IMG/VR virus record: IMGVR_UViG_3300018475_001996
Location: 62,001-126,000 of that record
Direction: 5' to 3' (one strand)
From: an uncultured virus (IMG/VR IMGVR_UViG_3300018475_001996)
Taxonomy: Duplodnaviria > Heunggongvirae > Uroviricota > Caudoviricetes
DNA: 64,000 nucleotides
The notes below the pieces were generated by a model. That model was not told the DNA's origin. It searched no databases and saw only the letters and a program-made list of their open reading frames with translations. The translations under genes and the position numbers were made by a program. Positions 1-9,488 of this stretch are shown here, one piece after another. The stretch's first letter is position 1. Each line of letters begins with the position of its first letter.

Positions 1-126
1 CTTGAAACCAACCAGCTTACCATACCAGTGAGCTGAAATACGTCCCTTCTTTGCTGCCTTCAAATACTTACGGAGTCTGTGCTTGTTCCGCAGTTTCCGG
101 AGTAGGTTCTTCAGCCAAGTCATCAT
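1..126 (-). CDS. 5' part of a basic hypothetical protein running off the window edge
   Basis: Manual reading: ATG at 124-126 gives MMTWLKNLLRKLRNKHRLRKYLKAAKKGRISAHWYGKLVGFK, open to base 1. Confidence 0.4.
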   Translation of the reverse strand, partial: MMTWLKNLLRKLRNKHRLRKYLKAAKKGRISAHWYGKLVGFK

Positions 127-331
127 TTTTCTTTTCCACCTTTTTCTTAGGCTCATACTTATGAGTCTTATCGAGTTCTACCGTTTCAATAGTACATCCA
201 GCTTCATACTTTTCACGAATGAAACTTTCAAGTTCTCCGCGAACTTCAGTTTCCGTTTCGCCATAACGCTTAAAAACAAGCGGTCCTGGAATACCTTCAA
301 TTAAAACCAAGCACTTATAACGTTGTTTCAT
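68..331 (-). CDS. hypothetical protein
   Basis: ORF track; the ATG at 329-331 is TAATG-coupled to the upstream gene. Confidence 0.6.
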   Translation of the reverse strand: MKQRYKCLVLIEGIPGPLVFKRYGETETEVRGELESFIREKYEAGCTIETVELDKTHKYEPKKKVEKKNDDLAEEPTPETAEQAQTP

Positions 332-996
332 TATTTTTCCCACATGGCATCGGTTTTGACCAGTTCATCAATGCTTACTGGACGATACCATGCTTCCCAG
401 CTAACATTGTTTTCGACCATTTTGCCGTTATGGTTATCGACAACGCTAGTCTTGTTGAATTCATGCGTATGACCATGAACGAGATAGTCAATAGGCTTAC
501 CTTCCGCAAGATACTGGTTCAATGCGGTCGGGTCACCAGTTGTACCGTCATGTTCATTAATCGTTTCATCATAATTATAATGCTGCAACAGATAGTTCTT
601 ACCATTATACGTAAGGTAAATGTTATCCTTTACCATAGTAATGTTCGGAAACATAGTTTCCTTGACCGGATAGAGCTTCTTGAACAGAGCATAGTCATGA
701 TTACCACGAATCATATACATGTGCTTGAAATTCAACTTGTTCGTGTAATAATCGCCAAACACTTCAAGCAACTTGCTACCGGGAGTACCGAGAGTAAAAT
801 CACCGAGGAAAATGACAATATCATTCGGAGAAACAACAGAATTCCATTGCTTCACAATATCTTCATTCATTTCCTCGACGGTTACGTACTTTCGTGTACG
901 GTCAAAATGATCCTCGTAACTCGTGCAGAGTTTACGATGATTAACGTGCAAGTCACTGACAATAAAAATCTTTTCGTTGTGTAATTCTAGTTCCAT
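331..996 (-). CDS. calcineurin-like metallophosphoesterase
   Basis: SDLH, LGDF, RGNHD and HGHTH motifs; start at MELELH, 6 nt after a -10 box. Confidence 0.9.
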   Translation of the reverse strand: MELELHNEKIFIVSDLHVNHRKLCTSYEDHFDRTRKYVTVEEMNEDIVKQWNSVVSPNDIVIFLGDFTLGTPGSKLLEVFGDYYTNKLNFKHMYMIRGNHDYALFKKLYPVKETMFPNITMVKDNIYLTYNGKNYLLQHYNYDETINEHDGTTGDPTALNQYLAEGKPIDYLVHGHTHEFNKTSVVDNHNGKMVENNVSWEAWYRPVSIDELVKTDAMWEK

Positions 997-1002
997 AATG
1001 CA

Positions 1003-1044
1003 AATATAATAAAAATAAGGCATTTTGTAAATGCCTTATTTTTT
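1003..1044 (-). promoter_or_regulatory. early promoter (TTTACA-N17-TATATT) overlapping an intrinsic terminator hairpin
   Basis: + strand tgtaaa 1026-1031 and aatata 1003-1008; inverted repeat aaaataaggcattt/aaatgccttatttt. Confidence 0.7.
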
Positions 1045-1206
1045 GTCACCAGATTTTGGAAACCGGTAACAGAGCAATACTAATAAAATTGTTTCAAGAA
1101 TTACATAGATTATCGAAAACTGAAGCTGTAACAATGAACAGAAAATGAACATTGTAAAGAACACTGATAAAAACGTGTTAATAATGAATAATAACAGTTT
1201 TTCCAT
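1036..1206 (-). CDS. small 56-aa membrane protein (not in ORF track)
   Basis: MEKLLLFIINTFLSVFFTMFIFCSLLQLQFSIIYVILETILLVLLCYRFPKSGDKK; TAATG-coupled; two hydrophobic segments. Confidence 0.7.
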   Translation of the reverse strand: MEKLLLFIINTFLSVFFTMFIFCSLLQLQFSIIYVILETILLVLLCYRFPKSGDKK

Positions 1207-1412
1207 TATTCCTCAACTTCTTCTACCAAATCCTTGATTTTTACAATTTTAGGTTTTTGACCATTCAATTCAAACGCATGTGTATTGATATAGTCAGTAC
1301 ACTGTGCGGAAGAATCGAAAGTATATGCTGAGCGCGGATTTCTGGTGGTTCCCCAACCATTCCAATATTCTGAATCAATCTTAAGAACGTAATAATATTT
1401 AAGCATAGCCAT
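1206..1412 (-). CDS. hypothetical protein
   Basis: ORF track; fits operon spacing. Confidence 0.65.
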   Translation of the reverse strand: MAMLKYYYVLKIDSEYWNGWGTTRNPRSAYTFDSSAQCTDYINTHAFELNGQKPKIVKIKDLVEEVEE

Positions 1413-1424
1413 CTTTATATATGA

Positions 1425-2543
1425 TTACTTCTGCAGATAATCTTGAATAATCTTTTCATGATGGAAACCCATCTTCGGAAGATTACCGACACTGAACCAT
1501 GCTGCATCCTTCGCATCGTCGCCGGCCTTAGCCATCTTCTTTTCCTTACCAGTAACCCTTACAGATACTGCTGTATCGATAATACGCAAGCGTGGGTCAA
1601 ACATATGGCTATAGGTCTTAATCTGTTCGAACTTTTCAACTGGGAGGTTCAGAGACGTTTCTTCGCGGAATTCACGCTGTGCTGCATGTTCCAAAGAAGC
1701 ATCAGCCTTTTCAGGAAGTCCGGTTTCCTTATTGATATAATCAACCGGATTAAAGAATCCACCAGGAGTACAGAAGTAATTCATATACGGTGGTTTCCTA
1801 CGGCGAATCAACAGAACTTCATCACCGGAAATACCGACAATATCAACCGTGTTTGCAAACTTTCCCCAACCCTGCTTCTTATAGTTTTCAATCCACTGCT
1901 TTTCAAGTTCAGTATAGTTGGTCGGATTCTGGTCATAAAGACTGTTTGTCTTAATCGGATTATCACGGTCATCCGTAAGTTCGCCTTCTTTTCGGATATA
2001 TTCAAACACTGGCTTGCTAATCAGTGTCTTAACATCCTTATAGTGGCATTCCGGATTACGGTAGAAAATTTTACGAGCTTCGCTACTGGAAATACCTTCA
2101 GTCTTAATACCCATGAGATAAGTACAATCATAACCGTACTTCGATTTCAATGCACCATCATTATCATCACGAGGAATAACCAAGAACTTATAGTTATTCA
2201 AAAGCTGATTACCGAACTTCCACTTTCCGTTAACCAAAGAATACCATTCGTCTTCGCCGATAACAATAGTAATATCCTTATCCTTGGTACCGAACTTATG
2301 GGAAATGAATTCATAAGTCCTGTTATTCTGAACGAGAATCGTAGGATTCAACTTTCGTGCAGTCATTGCGACCTTAACCATCGCGACACGTTCATCTACC
2401 GGAGTCTTATAATTCTTTTCGTCCGTATTGGAAACAAGAACATAAAGTTCATCGCCCTTACGAACCTTTTTGCTCACTGCCTTAATAATAGCTTCATGAG
2501 CGTGAGTAATCGGATCAAATGCACCACCAATCAAATACTTCAT
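1425..2543 (-). CDS. bifunctional NMN/NaMN adenylyltransferase (HxxH nucleotidyltransferase) - Nudix (ADP-ribose) hydrolase
   Basis: GGAFDPITHAH and ISSSEAR motifs; C-terminal Nudix box PGGF...AAQREFREETSL, DPR, AGDDAKDAAWF, FHHEKII. Confidence 0.88.
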   Translation of the reverse strand: MKYLIGGAFDPITHAHEAIIKAVSKKVRKGDELYVLVSNTDEKNYKTPVDERVAMVKVAMTARKLNPTILVQNNRTYEFISHKFGTKDKDITIVIGEDEWYSLVNGKWKFGNQLLNNYKFLVIPRDDNDGALKSKYGYDCTYLMGIKTEGISSSEARKIFYRNPECHYKDVKTLISKPVFEYIRKEGELTDDRDNPIKTNSLYDQNPTNYTELEKQWIENYKKQGWGKFANTVDIVGISGDEVLLIRRRKPPYMNYFCTPGGFFNPVDYINKETGLPEKADASLEHAAQREFREETSLNLPVEKFEQIKTYSHMFDPRLRIIDTAVSVRVTGKEKKMAKAGDDAKDAAWFSVGNLPKMGFHHEKIIQDYLQK

Positions 2544-2545
2544 AA

Positions 2546-2914
2546 TTATCTCCTAATATTTCCACAAGATGTATGAGCGTCACCCATAATATCGCCCTTG
2601 ACTGTAATGTTTCCTGCATGGGTTTCAACATCACCTGAAACATCACCACCAATTTCGATATTACCTGCTGCACTTTCAACATTACCCATGACGTCGCCAG
2701 AAACTGTAATGTTGTTTCCCTTACATACCTTATCTACGTCACCATAGACCGTAATGTTAATAACTTTATCTTTTACAGTAAAAGACTGATTACCAACAAT
2801 AACAGTTTCACCCGAAATCTTAACAGAATCTGCGCAAATAGGTTCTTCAACCTTTTTACCGTTAATTTCAATACTATCTGTGAGGCATAAACCTTTGAGA
2901 ATATCTTCAGCCAT
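2546..2914 (-). CDS. beta-solenoid repeat protein (GDV/GNI repeats, bactofilin/DUF4097-like)
   Basis: Repeats VSGDVMGNVESAAGNIEIGGDVSGDVETHAGNITVKGDIMGD. Confidence 0.65.
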   Translation of the reverse strand: MAEDILKGLCLTDSIEINGKKVEEPICADSVKISGETVIVGNQSFTVKDKVINITVYGDVDKVCKGNNITVSGDVMGNVESAAGNIEIGGDVSGDVETHAGNITVKGDIMGDAHTSCGNIRR

Positions 2915-2974
2915 AGTTTTCCTTATGTTTTTATACAATATAGCAAAATTAAAGGGCTTTGTAAGCCCTTATAA

Positions 2975-3256
2975 TTATTTAATCGTATATGTTTGACCTT
3001 CGTACTCTACAACACGTTCTTTCTTAGGATTTTTAACTTCGACTGCGCACATCTTAAGAGAAAAACCACTTGTAGTTTCAGCTGTTACTTTTCGTCCAGC
3101 GTCATCATCTCGATATGCAAAGCAAGGACCCATACCAGTAATATCCGCTTTTTCATGGAGGTCGCTAAGAATCATTATAGGAATCCCGAAAAAAAACAAT
3201 CCCAAAATTAAAAACAAAACTGGAACTGTCCTATCTAATTTCCACATTATATCCAT
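2975..3256 (-). CDS. membrane-anchored hypothetical protein
   Basis: N-terminal hydrophobic helix. Confidence 0.65.
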   Translation of the reverse strand: MDIMWKLDRTVPVLFLILGLFFFGIPIMILSDLHEKADITGMGPCFAYRDDDAGRKVTAETTSGFSLKMCAVEVKNPKKERVVEYEGQTYTIK

Positions 3257-3666
3257 TATTTACCACCTTTAATGAATGTTTCATATTTTGAAAGGGTATT
3301 ACTGTCAATTTCCGGTTTTTTATGTGTGTGCACCAACCGATACAAAAAACAAGCAAATGTATACGGTGACTTTAAAATTGTTAAAATTAGTGCAAACAAA
3401 TTATGTACTATTGCTATACCTGTAATAATTTCAGCTATTGCCAAACCTAGAAGTGCAGCACCGCTATTAATTACAGACCATCCAAGATAGCATGCATACG
3501 AATGTTCATGCAAATAACAATTTTGTGCCGCACAAACAATTGTCTGGTTTTCATTGTACATTACAAAACAGGTTATAATGGATGCAATAATTATTGTTGG
3601 AAGCCAGTCAAAAAGAAACAGATTCAAGCTATCTGAATCGTTATCTGTCATATATTTCCAAGTCAT
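3256..3666 (-). CDS. membrane protein
   Basis: Several hydrophobic segments; TAATG coupling. Confidence 0.65.
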   Translation of the reverse strand: MTWKYMTDNDSDSLNLFLFDWLPTIIIASIITCFVMYNENQTIVCAAQNCYLHEHSYACYLGWSVINSGAALLGLAIAEIITGIAIVHNLFALILTILKSPYTFACFLYRLVHTHKKPEIDSNTLSKYETFIKGGK

Positions 3667-3670
3667 TCAA

Positions 3671-4012
3671 TTACCCCTTATGCTTAAAATATGTTCTGAA
3701 CAACCATGGCGCTTTCTTAACCTTTTCGGCAAATTCTTCCATAGCTTTATATGCAAAAATTGCTCGATTATCGTCGTCAATCTTTACAGTATCTCCGTAA
3801 TACAGTTCATTAAACAATGTGACAAAATCATCGGAATCCAAATACTTTCGAGTAGTATTATGTTTTTCATGAATTTCGCCGAGAGTTTCGCGAACATGAA
3901 CTGAACTGTTCTTGATAACCTGATTTGCCGCAAGATACTGGGCAAAATAAGCACCGATACCGATACCGATACCAATACTAACAATTACAAGTATTACAAT
4001 AAAGACTCCCAT
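3671..4012 (-). CDS. membrane-anchored hypothetical protein
   Basis: N-terminal TM helix VFIVILVIVSIGIGIGIGAYF. Confidence 0.7.
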   Translation of the reverse strand: MGVFIVILVIVSIGIGIGIGAYFAQYLAANQVIKNSSVHVRETLGEIHEKHNTTRKYLDSDDFVTLFNELYYGDTVKIDDDNRAIFAYKAMEEFAEKVKKAPWLFRTYFKHKG

Positions 4013-4014
4013 AA

Positions 4015-4569
4015 TTACCCCTTCAGAATACCGGCGTGACGTGCCGCAGTAATTGTGGTCAAATCTGTTCCTTGTCCATCAGCAAAAGTAAGCTTCGTTG
4101 CGGAAAAAGAAACAGTATAATACGGATCCTGATTTGGCCTGCTGTTAGTCAACTCCAAAGCGCTGAGTCCACAAACCTTCACATTTTCATACTTGTACTG
4201 GCCCAAAGGCATATGCGGATTATGATTATAAATTTCAAGGGTAATCTTTGCGACTTCGTTTCCATTCTTCAACAAATCAACCCAGAATGCGTAATCAACA
4301 ATAGATGTACGCTTAAAGACGAGCTTAAAACTAAGGTTAGAAGAATCCGTAAATTCACGCATTGCATCAGATTCTCCCGGGTGACTTGCAGTAATTGCTG
4401 AACCTTGACTGGAATTAAGATGGTCGCTAAAATGACCACCCCATGCAGCAATCAAAGCATTATTGCTTGTAAAGCGAGATTCTGCATTTATATTGAAATC
4501 AAACTGTGCCTTTAAACCGTAACCGTCGGGATTTGCAACTTCTTTTTCAGGATAGACTTGATTGTTCAT
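4015..4569 (-). CDS. possible Hcp/tail-tube-fold protein
   Basis: Pattern LVFKRTSIVDYAFWVDLLKNGNEVAKITLEIY...YKYENVKVCGLS...YTVSFSATKLTF resembles Hcp/gp19 strand order; has its own early promoter at 4595-4623. Confidence 0.45.
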   Translation of the reverse strand: MNNQVYPEKEVANPDGYGLKAQFDFNINAESRFTSNNALIAAWGGHFSDHLNSSQGSAITASHPGESDAMREFTDSSNLSFKLVFKRTSIVDYAFWVDLLKNGNEVAKITLEIYNHNPHMPLGQYKYENVKVCGLSALELTNSRPNQDPYYTVSFSATKLTFADGQGTDLTTITAARHAGILKG

Positions 4570-4687
4570 ATTGGTTCCTTTTGTTTATGCATATAATATA
4601 GTAAAAATATTCATATTTGTCAACCTAAAAAATAAAAGGCTGACTTGCGTTAACCTTTTACCCTCACACATCCAATATTCTTTTTTC

Positions 4688-6616
4688 TTACTTCTTTGTT
4701 TCGGAGAACAAATCAATAAGAGTGTCCTTGCTCAACTGAGTCAAATCAAGTCCAACTTCAGAATCCTTATCGGAATCGTCAACAAATGTAAAGCCTGCTT
4801 TTTCAAGAATCGGCTTCAGGTTGACGAACGAACGACACTTATTCTTGAGGTTTTCAATATACACGTCTGCATATTCATGATTTGGCACACGTCCACCACC
4901 TTGAGTAAGGTCCATGAGGAATACCTTATTGTCTACAATAAGTGCACACTGCTTTTCGCGTTCATTATCAACTGGAATGATAAATTCAGCGAGAACATTG
5001 TTCGGATCCACCTTTACATCCACACGCTGGCTATAATAAGCATCTTTCTTAAGCTTCTTCTCTTGACGAGCAACGAAGAACTTAAACTGAGACTTAGGAG
5101 AACCATTGTACTGGTTTACCGATACCTTGCCATCAGGACACTTACAGTCAATGTAGAACAATTCTGTTGCTTCCGGACGAGCTGTAGTCATATCACCCGA
5201 GTAAATGATCTTATTCTCATGGTCCTTGTAACTTGCGTTCCAACCATAAGTACCTCCATTAATGTCATACATATGAAGGTCAAAATCCTGGGTTCCCCAT
5301 TCTCCACGCCAATAGATACCAACAACGTTGTGGTCGTCGGACATATCAACGGAAGTGCCAAACGGATAATTACCGATGAAGTTCTTTTCAGAAGTCGGCA
5401 TTGTCAGATTGACATGCTGAGGATAACGAACAGTACATGCCTTATCCTTGATAGACTTGACCAACGAATCTTCAAGAAGATTGTAGACAACCATCAAGTA
5501 GGAATTCAATTCCTGATTAGGCACCGGAGCATCCTTACGAACCCACATCTTGCCGTTACGAATTACATACATCTTTCCGCTAGCATTCTGGAGCTTAGCG
5601 AGAATACCCTGCATGAGCGTGACCTTCTTGAAATTGGTGATTTCACCCTTTGCAAGACGTTCACGAACTTCGTCCAGCTTCTTGTGTTCAGAAAGTACAG
5701 TTTCCCAGAAACCTGCAGTAAACGGCTTATGGTCAGTAACAGCCAAACGACGGATATGGTTAATAACCGAGGAGTTTGTCTTCTGTCCAACAACAACGGC
5801 CTTAAGCTTTGCTGCGGCCTTTCTGAAAGCTTCATTCTTGAAAACTGCCGGCTTACCGTCAACCTTTTGGTTCTTGAACGCTAAGAATAACGGCTTGAAA
5901 CGATAGAAAATCGAAGCGAGAGCGTGTAGCTGCTCATCCGACAACTTCGTAAAGTCGACAGTTTCTGCCTTTTCCTTAATGGCCTTGATAGTCTTTCGGT
6001 CCTTGATAAGCATGGCGCTGCCAGTTGCCTTAAAGACGAAATAACGTAACATGTTGAACGGGTCCTTGCCGTAGATACCTGTTGCATCCATCAATGCTAT
6101 GGAAGCTTCCTTATTCTTGATGGAATCGACGTCGAGTCCATAAGTATTGAAACGCTTATCTTGCGTAATGAAGTTCACAAGGACATTAATGGTTTCAGTT
6201 TCAAGGGCAATCCCGGACTGGAGCATCTTTACACAGCGTGTATAAATTTCCTCGTCAGTCGCAGGCATAATAACCTTGAATGAATTGTACGGAATTTCTA
6301 CGTCCGGAGCGTTGTTTGGAATATACGCATCGCCCGTATAATTTGTGCCATAAGTAGAGGCATAATGAAGAAGTTGATCTACCAACAGTTCAAAACGCGT
6401 CTTGGACGTAATGTCAGACCACTTAGCATAAAACGTCTTATTGTAATTGGTCTTAGCTTCAGCATTCACCCAGTCAAGGGCAAGCTTCGAGCAACAGTCG
6501 GGATGAATAATCCAACCATACTTTGCTGATTCTGCGTTAACCTCTTCAAAAGAGCGCTTAGAGTTACCTTCTGCCTTAGGCATGACATTGAACATTGTAA
6601 TCAACTTAAGATTCAT
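4688..6616 (-). CDS. large conserved phage protein with C-terminal TerD-like region
   Basis: 642-aa ORF with strong codon bias; VGIYW...QDFDLH...GWNA...YSGDMTTA...ATELFYI is TerD-like. Confidence 0.6.
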   Translation of the reverse strand: MNLKLITMFNVMPKAEGNSKRSFEEVNAESAKYGWIIHPDCCSKLALDWVNAEAKTNYNKTFYAKWSDITSKTRFELLVDQLLHYASTYGTNYTGDAYIPNNAPDVEIPYNSFKVIMPATDEEIYTRCVKMLQSGIALETETINVLVNFITQDKRFNTYGLDVDSIKNKEASIALMDATGIYGKDPFNMLRYFVFKATGSAMLIKDRKTIKAIKEKAETVDFTKLSDEQLHALASIFYRFKPLFLAFKNQKVDGKPAVFKNEAFRKAAAKLKAVVVGQKTNSSVINHIRRLAVTDHKPFTAGFWETVLSEHKKLDEVRERLAKGEITNFKKVTLMQGILAKLQNASGKMYVIRNGKMWVRKDAPVPNQELNSYLMVVYNLLEDSLVKSIKDKACTVRYPQHVNLTMPTSEKNFIGNYPFGTSVDMSDDHNVVGIYWRGEWGTQDFDLHMYDINGGTYGWNASYKDHENKIIYSGDMTTARPEATELFYIDCKCPDGKVSVNQYNGSPKSQFKFFVARQEKKLKKDAYYSQRVDVKVDPNNVLAEFIIPVDNEREKQCALIVDNKVFLMDLTQGGGRVPNHEYADVYIENLKNKCRSFVNLKPILEKAGFTFVDDSDKDSEVGLDLTQLSKDTLIDLFSETKK

Positions 6617-6744
6617 AATTTTTCCTCATTAAAAGTGTTAAAGCGAGAAGTAAGTATTTTGCCTAAATTATAATGATATAGGAACATCCTTTGCTTTAAC
6701 GGTGTTAAATATAGTAAATTGTTTGTGTTTTGTAAACCCTATTT

Positions 6745-6912
6745 TTAAAGGTTTTTTAATGCTTTTTTCCAAGCCTTTACTTTCTTCTTGGATTCTTTGC
6801 TCAGTTTTAATCCGAAAATATCCATTAGTGCATTGGCAGTATCAACACCTGCCAAACGACTTTCGAGTTCTTTCTTCTTTAACGAATTTTCCGTTTCCAA
6901 TGAACTTCCCAT
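6745..6912 (-). CDS. small basic hypothetical protein
   Basis: MGSSLETENSLKKKELE...WKKALKNL downstream of an early promoter. Confidence 0.55.
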   Translation of the reverse strand: MGSSLETENSLKKKELESRLAGVDTANALMDIFGLKLSKESKKKVKAWKKALKNL

Positions 6913-6960
6913 ACATGTATAATATAGCAAGTGTATTTTATTTTGTAAACCCCTAAATAT

Positions 6961-6990
6961 AAAAAAGTAGAGCCGGTTGACTCTACTTTT
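6961..6990 (-). terminator. intrinsic terminator after patatin
   Basis: aaaagtagag-ccggttga-ctctactttt. Confidence 0.7.
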
Positions 6991-7007
6991 AAATTAAAAC
7001 CCGAATA

Positions 7008-7877
7008 TTATCGATTTTTTACAAAATCTAAAATATCCTTTTTAACTGATTCGTAGTAGTCATCCCAGATTTTCATAACTAAATTAATAGTTTTATCTGA
7101 TACATCATCCATTTTTATCTTTTTTGTATAATTCGGAGATGCATTGAAAACATACTTATCGCCGAGAATGGCTTGTGCTTCATAAATTGGTGATTTTGAA
7201 CTTCTTGCTACCCAATCTCCAATCATATATTCTGCCCATCCTAACAATGTTTTATTTCCATGTTCTGTATTTGGTGTATTCATTCCAGTATTAAAATTTA
7301 AAAGTTTAAGATTTCGATTGCCTTGTTTAAATTGACCAGCAATAACTATATCGGCAGGGTTATTTGCCCAACAGCCACCGTCCATATAAGAGTTTCCATC
7401 TTTTTCTATAACATCAAAATATGTAGGTGCTGCTGTTGATGTAAGTACAGCAAATGCCTTTGTTGTATCTTTATCACCTAAATCCCACACTTTTTCTACA
7501 GAAGCACCATTCATAAATGTTGTTGTAATATAGATAGGTTTTTTCCAATCACTAACTTTACCTTTAAGTTTTTCTTCTAAAATTTTTTTAAGATTTGTAT
7601 TATCATATGTTGGACACGTTGGTTTAAGTCGTTTATACCAGGAATTTTTTGTAAAAATTTTCTTTAAATTATCTTGGTATAATTTAAATATATCATGTGC
7701 ACTCATACCTTCATTCATACATGCAGCAACTATTGAACCCGTAGAAGTACCAGTATATGCTGATACATAATCACCTAATTTTTTACCTAGATCTTGTTCC
7801 AATCTGCACATAAATGCTAAAGGTCCCATAGCCAAGGCTCCACCACCTTCAATACTTAAACACAATTGTTTGCCCAT
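7008..7877 (-). CDS. patatin-like phospholipase
   Basis: LSIEGGGA, GTSTG nucleophile, AAPTYF and DGGCWANNP; TATAAATA at 7906-7913. Confidence 0.93.
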   Translation of the reverse strand: MGKQLCLSIEGGGALAMGPLAFMCRLEQDLGKKLGDYVSAYTGTSTGSIVAACMNEGMSAHDIFKLYQDNLKKIFTKNSWYKRLKPTCPTYDNTNLKKILEEKLKGKVSDWKKPIYITTTFMNGASVEKVWDLGDKDTTKAFAVLTSTAAPTYFDVIEKDGNSYMDGGCWANNPADIVIAGQFKQGNRNLKLLNFNTGMNTPNTEHGNKTLLGWAEYMIGDWVARSSKSPIYEAQAILGDKYVFNASPNYTKKIKMDDVSDKTINLVMKIWDDYYESVKKDILDFVKNR

Positions 7878-7908
7878 AAAATTCTCCTAATATAATTTTA
7901 TATTATAT

Positions 7909-8865
7909 TTATATAATTATATTATTCCGAATTTTTTCTATAAGTATATCCAACTCTTTTCTTTTTAAAATAATAACATTATTTTTTATCATGCATTCTT
8001 GTTTTTCCAGTTGTAATTCTTTTGTAAATGGATTTATTAATTGATTATTATCATTAAAGAAAAAATCTCCTTTAACTTCATAAAATTTACCATTTATAAT
8101 AAAATCTGGCTTATATTTATGTTCTTGTTCTTCTTTAATATAAGTAAACGTAATTTTTGGATGATATTCAAACACATTCTTACTGGACTGTAATGCTTCA
8201 TATAATTCATATTCCCAGTGAGAATCGAAATATATATCATTATAATAAAAACCATATACTGTATGTGATTGTGTATTTGGATTTTGACCGGGATTTTTAT
8301 AACCAGTTTTTTCATAATATGTTTGCTGACATTTAGCAAATGATTCAGGATTCGACCAATTATGGTAATACCCTGTTTTTCTAAAATATTCTTCAGAACG
8401 TTGTTTTAAATGTTCTGGATTTTTCATATTATGAGTATAACCAGTTTCTTTAAAATATGTATCTATACATTTTTGTCGTGAATCTGGATTAGACCAATTA
8501 TGATAATATCCGGTTCTTTGAAAATATGTATTTTATGTTCGAAGCCTAACATCTTGTTTCCATTCATCAGTATGAGAATGCCATGTTTCTGATGCAGATA
8601 ATTTTGCTTCTTCACTTTGTCTTGCACACAATGTACAACAATAACGTCTATAACCGTATGTAAAATTTATAAATTTTGTTTCTTTACCACAATTTTTACA
8701 AATATTTTCATCAGGTTCTTTTAAATATTTATCATAATATTCACGAGAATGTATATTGTGCTTAACTAATAAATGTGTAGAAATTCCCAATGATTTTATT
8801 TGTTTATGACAGAATTTACATTCTATTATATCATGTCTTACTATATTAAATTTACTTATACTCAT
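7909..8865 (-). pseudogene. homing-endonuclease-like gene (Zn fingers, repeats, PD-(D/E)xK domain) broken by one in-frame TAA at 8533-8535
   Basis: The two track ORFs share a frame and the bridge reads NTYFQRTGYYHNWSNPDSRQKCIDTYFKETGYTHN, matching downstream repeats; FDSHWE...YKPDF...YEVKG. Confidence 0.8.
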
Positions 8866-8872
8866 TAAAAAA

Positions 8873-8982
8873 CTCCTACCTAATTCTTGCCCAATTAGAT
8901 AGGAGATAATACGATAACGTATTTTTCAAATTTTTCTACTATTAAAAGGGCAAGTTTTAATAATACTTATATAGTATTTATA
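8873..8982 (-). promoter_or_regulatory. late promoter plus two-hairpin leader sequestering the SD of the endonuclease gene
   Basis: TATAAATA 8975-8982; hairpins 8940-8962 and 8873-8905; AGGAG in the 3' arm of the second. Confidence 0.7.
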
Positions 8983-9008
8983 ATATTTGCCCGTTTTATT
9001 TTGTAATA

Positions 9009-9488
9009 TTACGCTAAATTTTTCAATAATGCGGTTTCAATCTCGAAATCACTCATGGCCTTTTTATATTCAAAACTATCTTCATGTCCAGAAAGTCTCG
9101 AATATGGAACTCCCATAGAATCCCAGATTTTATGCTGCATAACTATCCAGCCATACGCAGCATAAAAATTTTCCCATCTATTAAGAAATTCAATCAGCTC
9201 ATTTAGCTTAGATTTTGTCAGCCATTCCAACATTTTAAAGACATTATCTTTATAGTCAAAAATCATTATTGAACATCTGTCTTTAATGGGCATAAGAGTA
9301 CATGCGACCATAATTTCAAACTTTTCATCATCTTCGTACCAACTGAATTCAACCTCAAATCGATTATCCTTATCGCGAAGACAAATACTATCATGGGTTT
9401 TAGAAGTATTTACCCTCATGTAATAATCATTCGGTTTAATCCGAAGAATATAGTTTTGAAAATGTTGGAATGTATATGCTTCAGACAT
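9009..9488 (-). CDS. hypothetical protein with C-terminal helix motif (FEIETALLKNLA)
   Basis: ORF track. Confidence 0.7.
   Translation of the reverse strand: MSEAYTFQHFQNYILRIKPNDYYMRVNTSKTHDSICLRDKDNRFEVEFSWYEDDEKFEIMVACTLMPIKDRCSIMIFDYKDNVFKMLEWLTKSKLNELIEFLNRWENFYAAYGWIVMQHKIWDSMGVPYSRLSGHEDSFEYKKAMSDFEIETALLKNLA

Noticed and set aside
4562..5884. Long plus-strand ORFs (also 1443-2576, 10025-11101, 19943-21451, 44299-45375)
   Set aside because: Antisense shadows of well-supported minus-strand genes with biased codon usage; no motifs.
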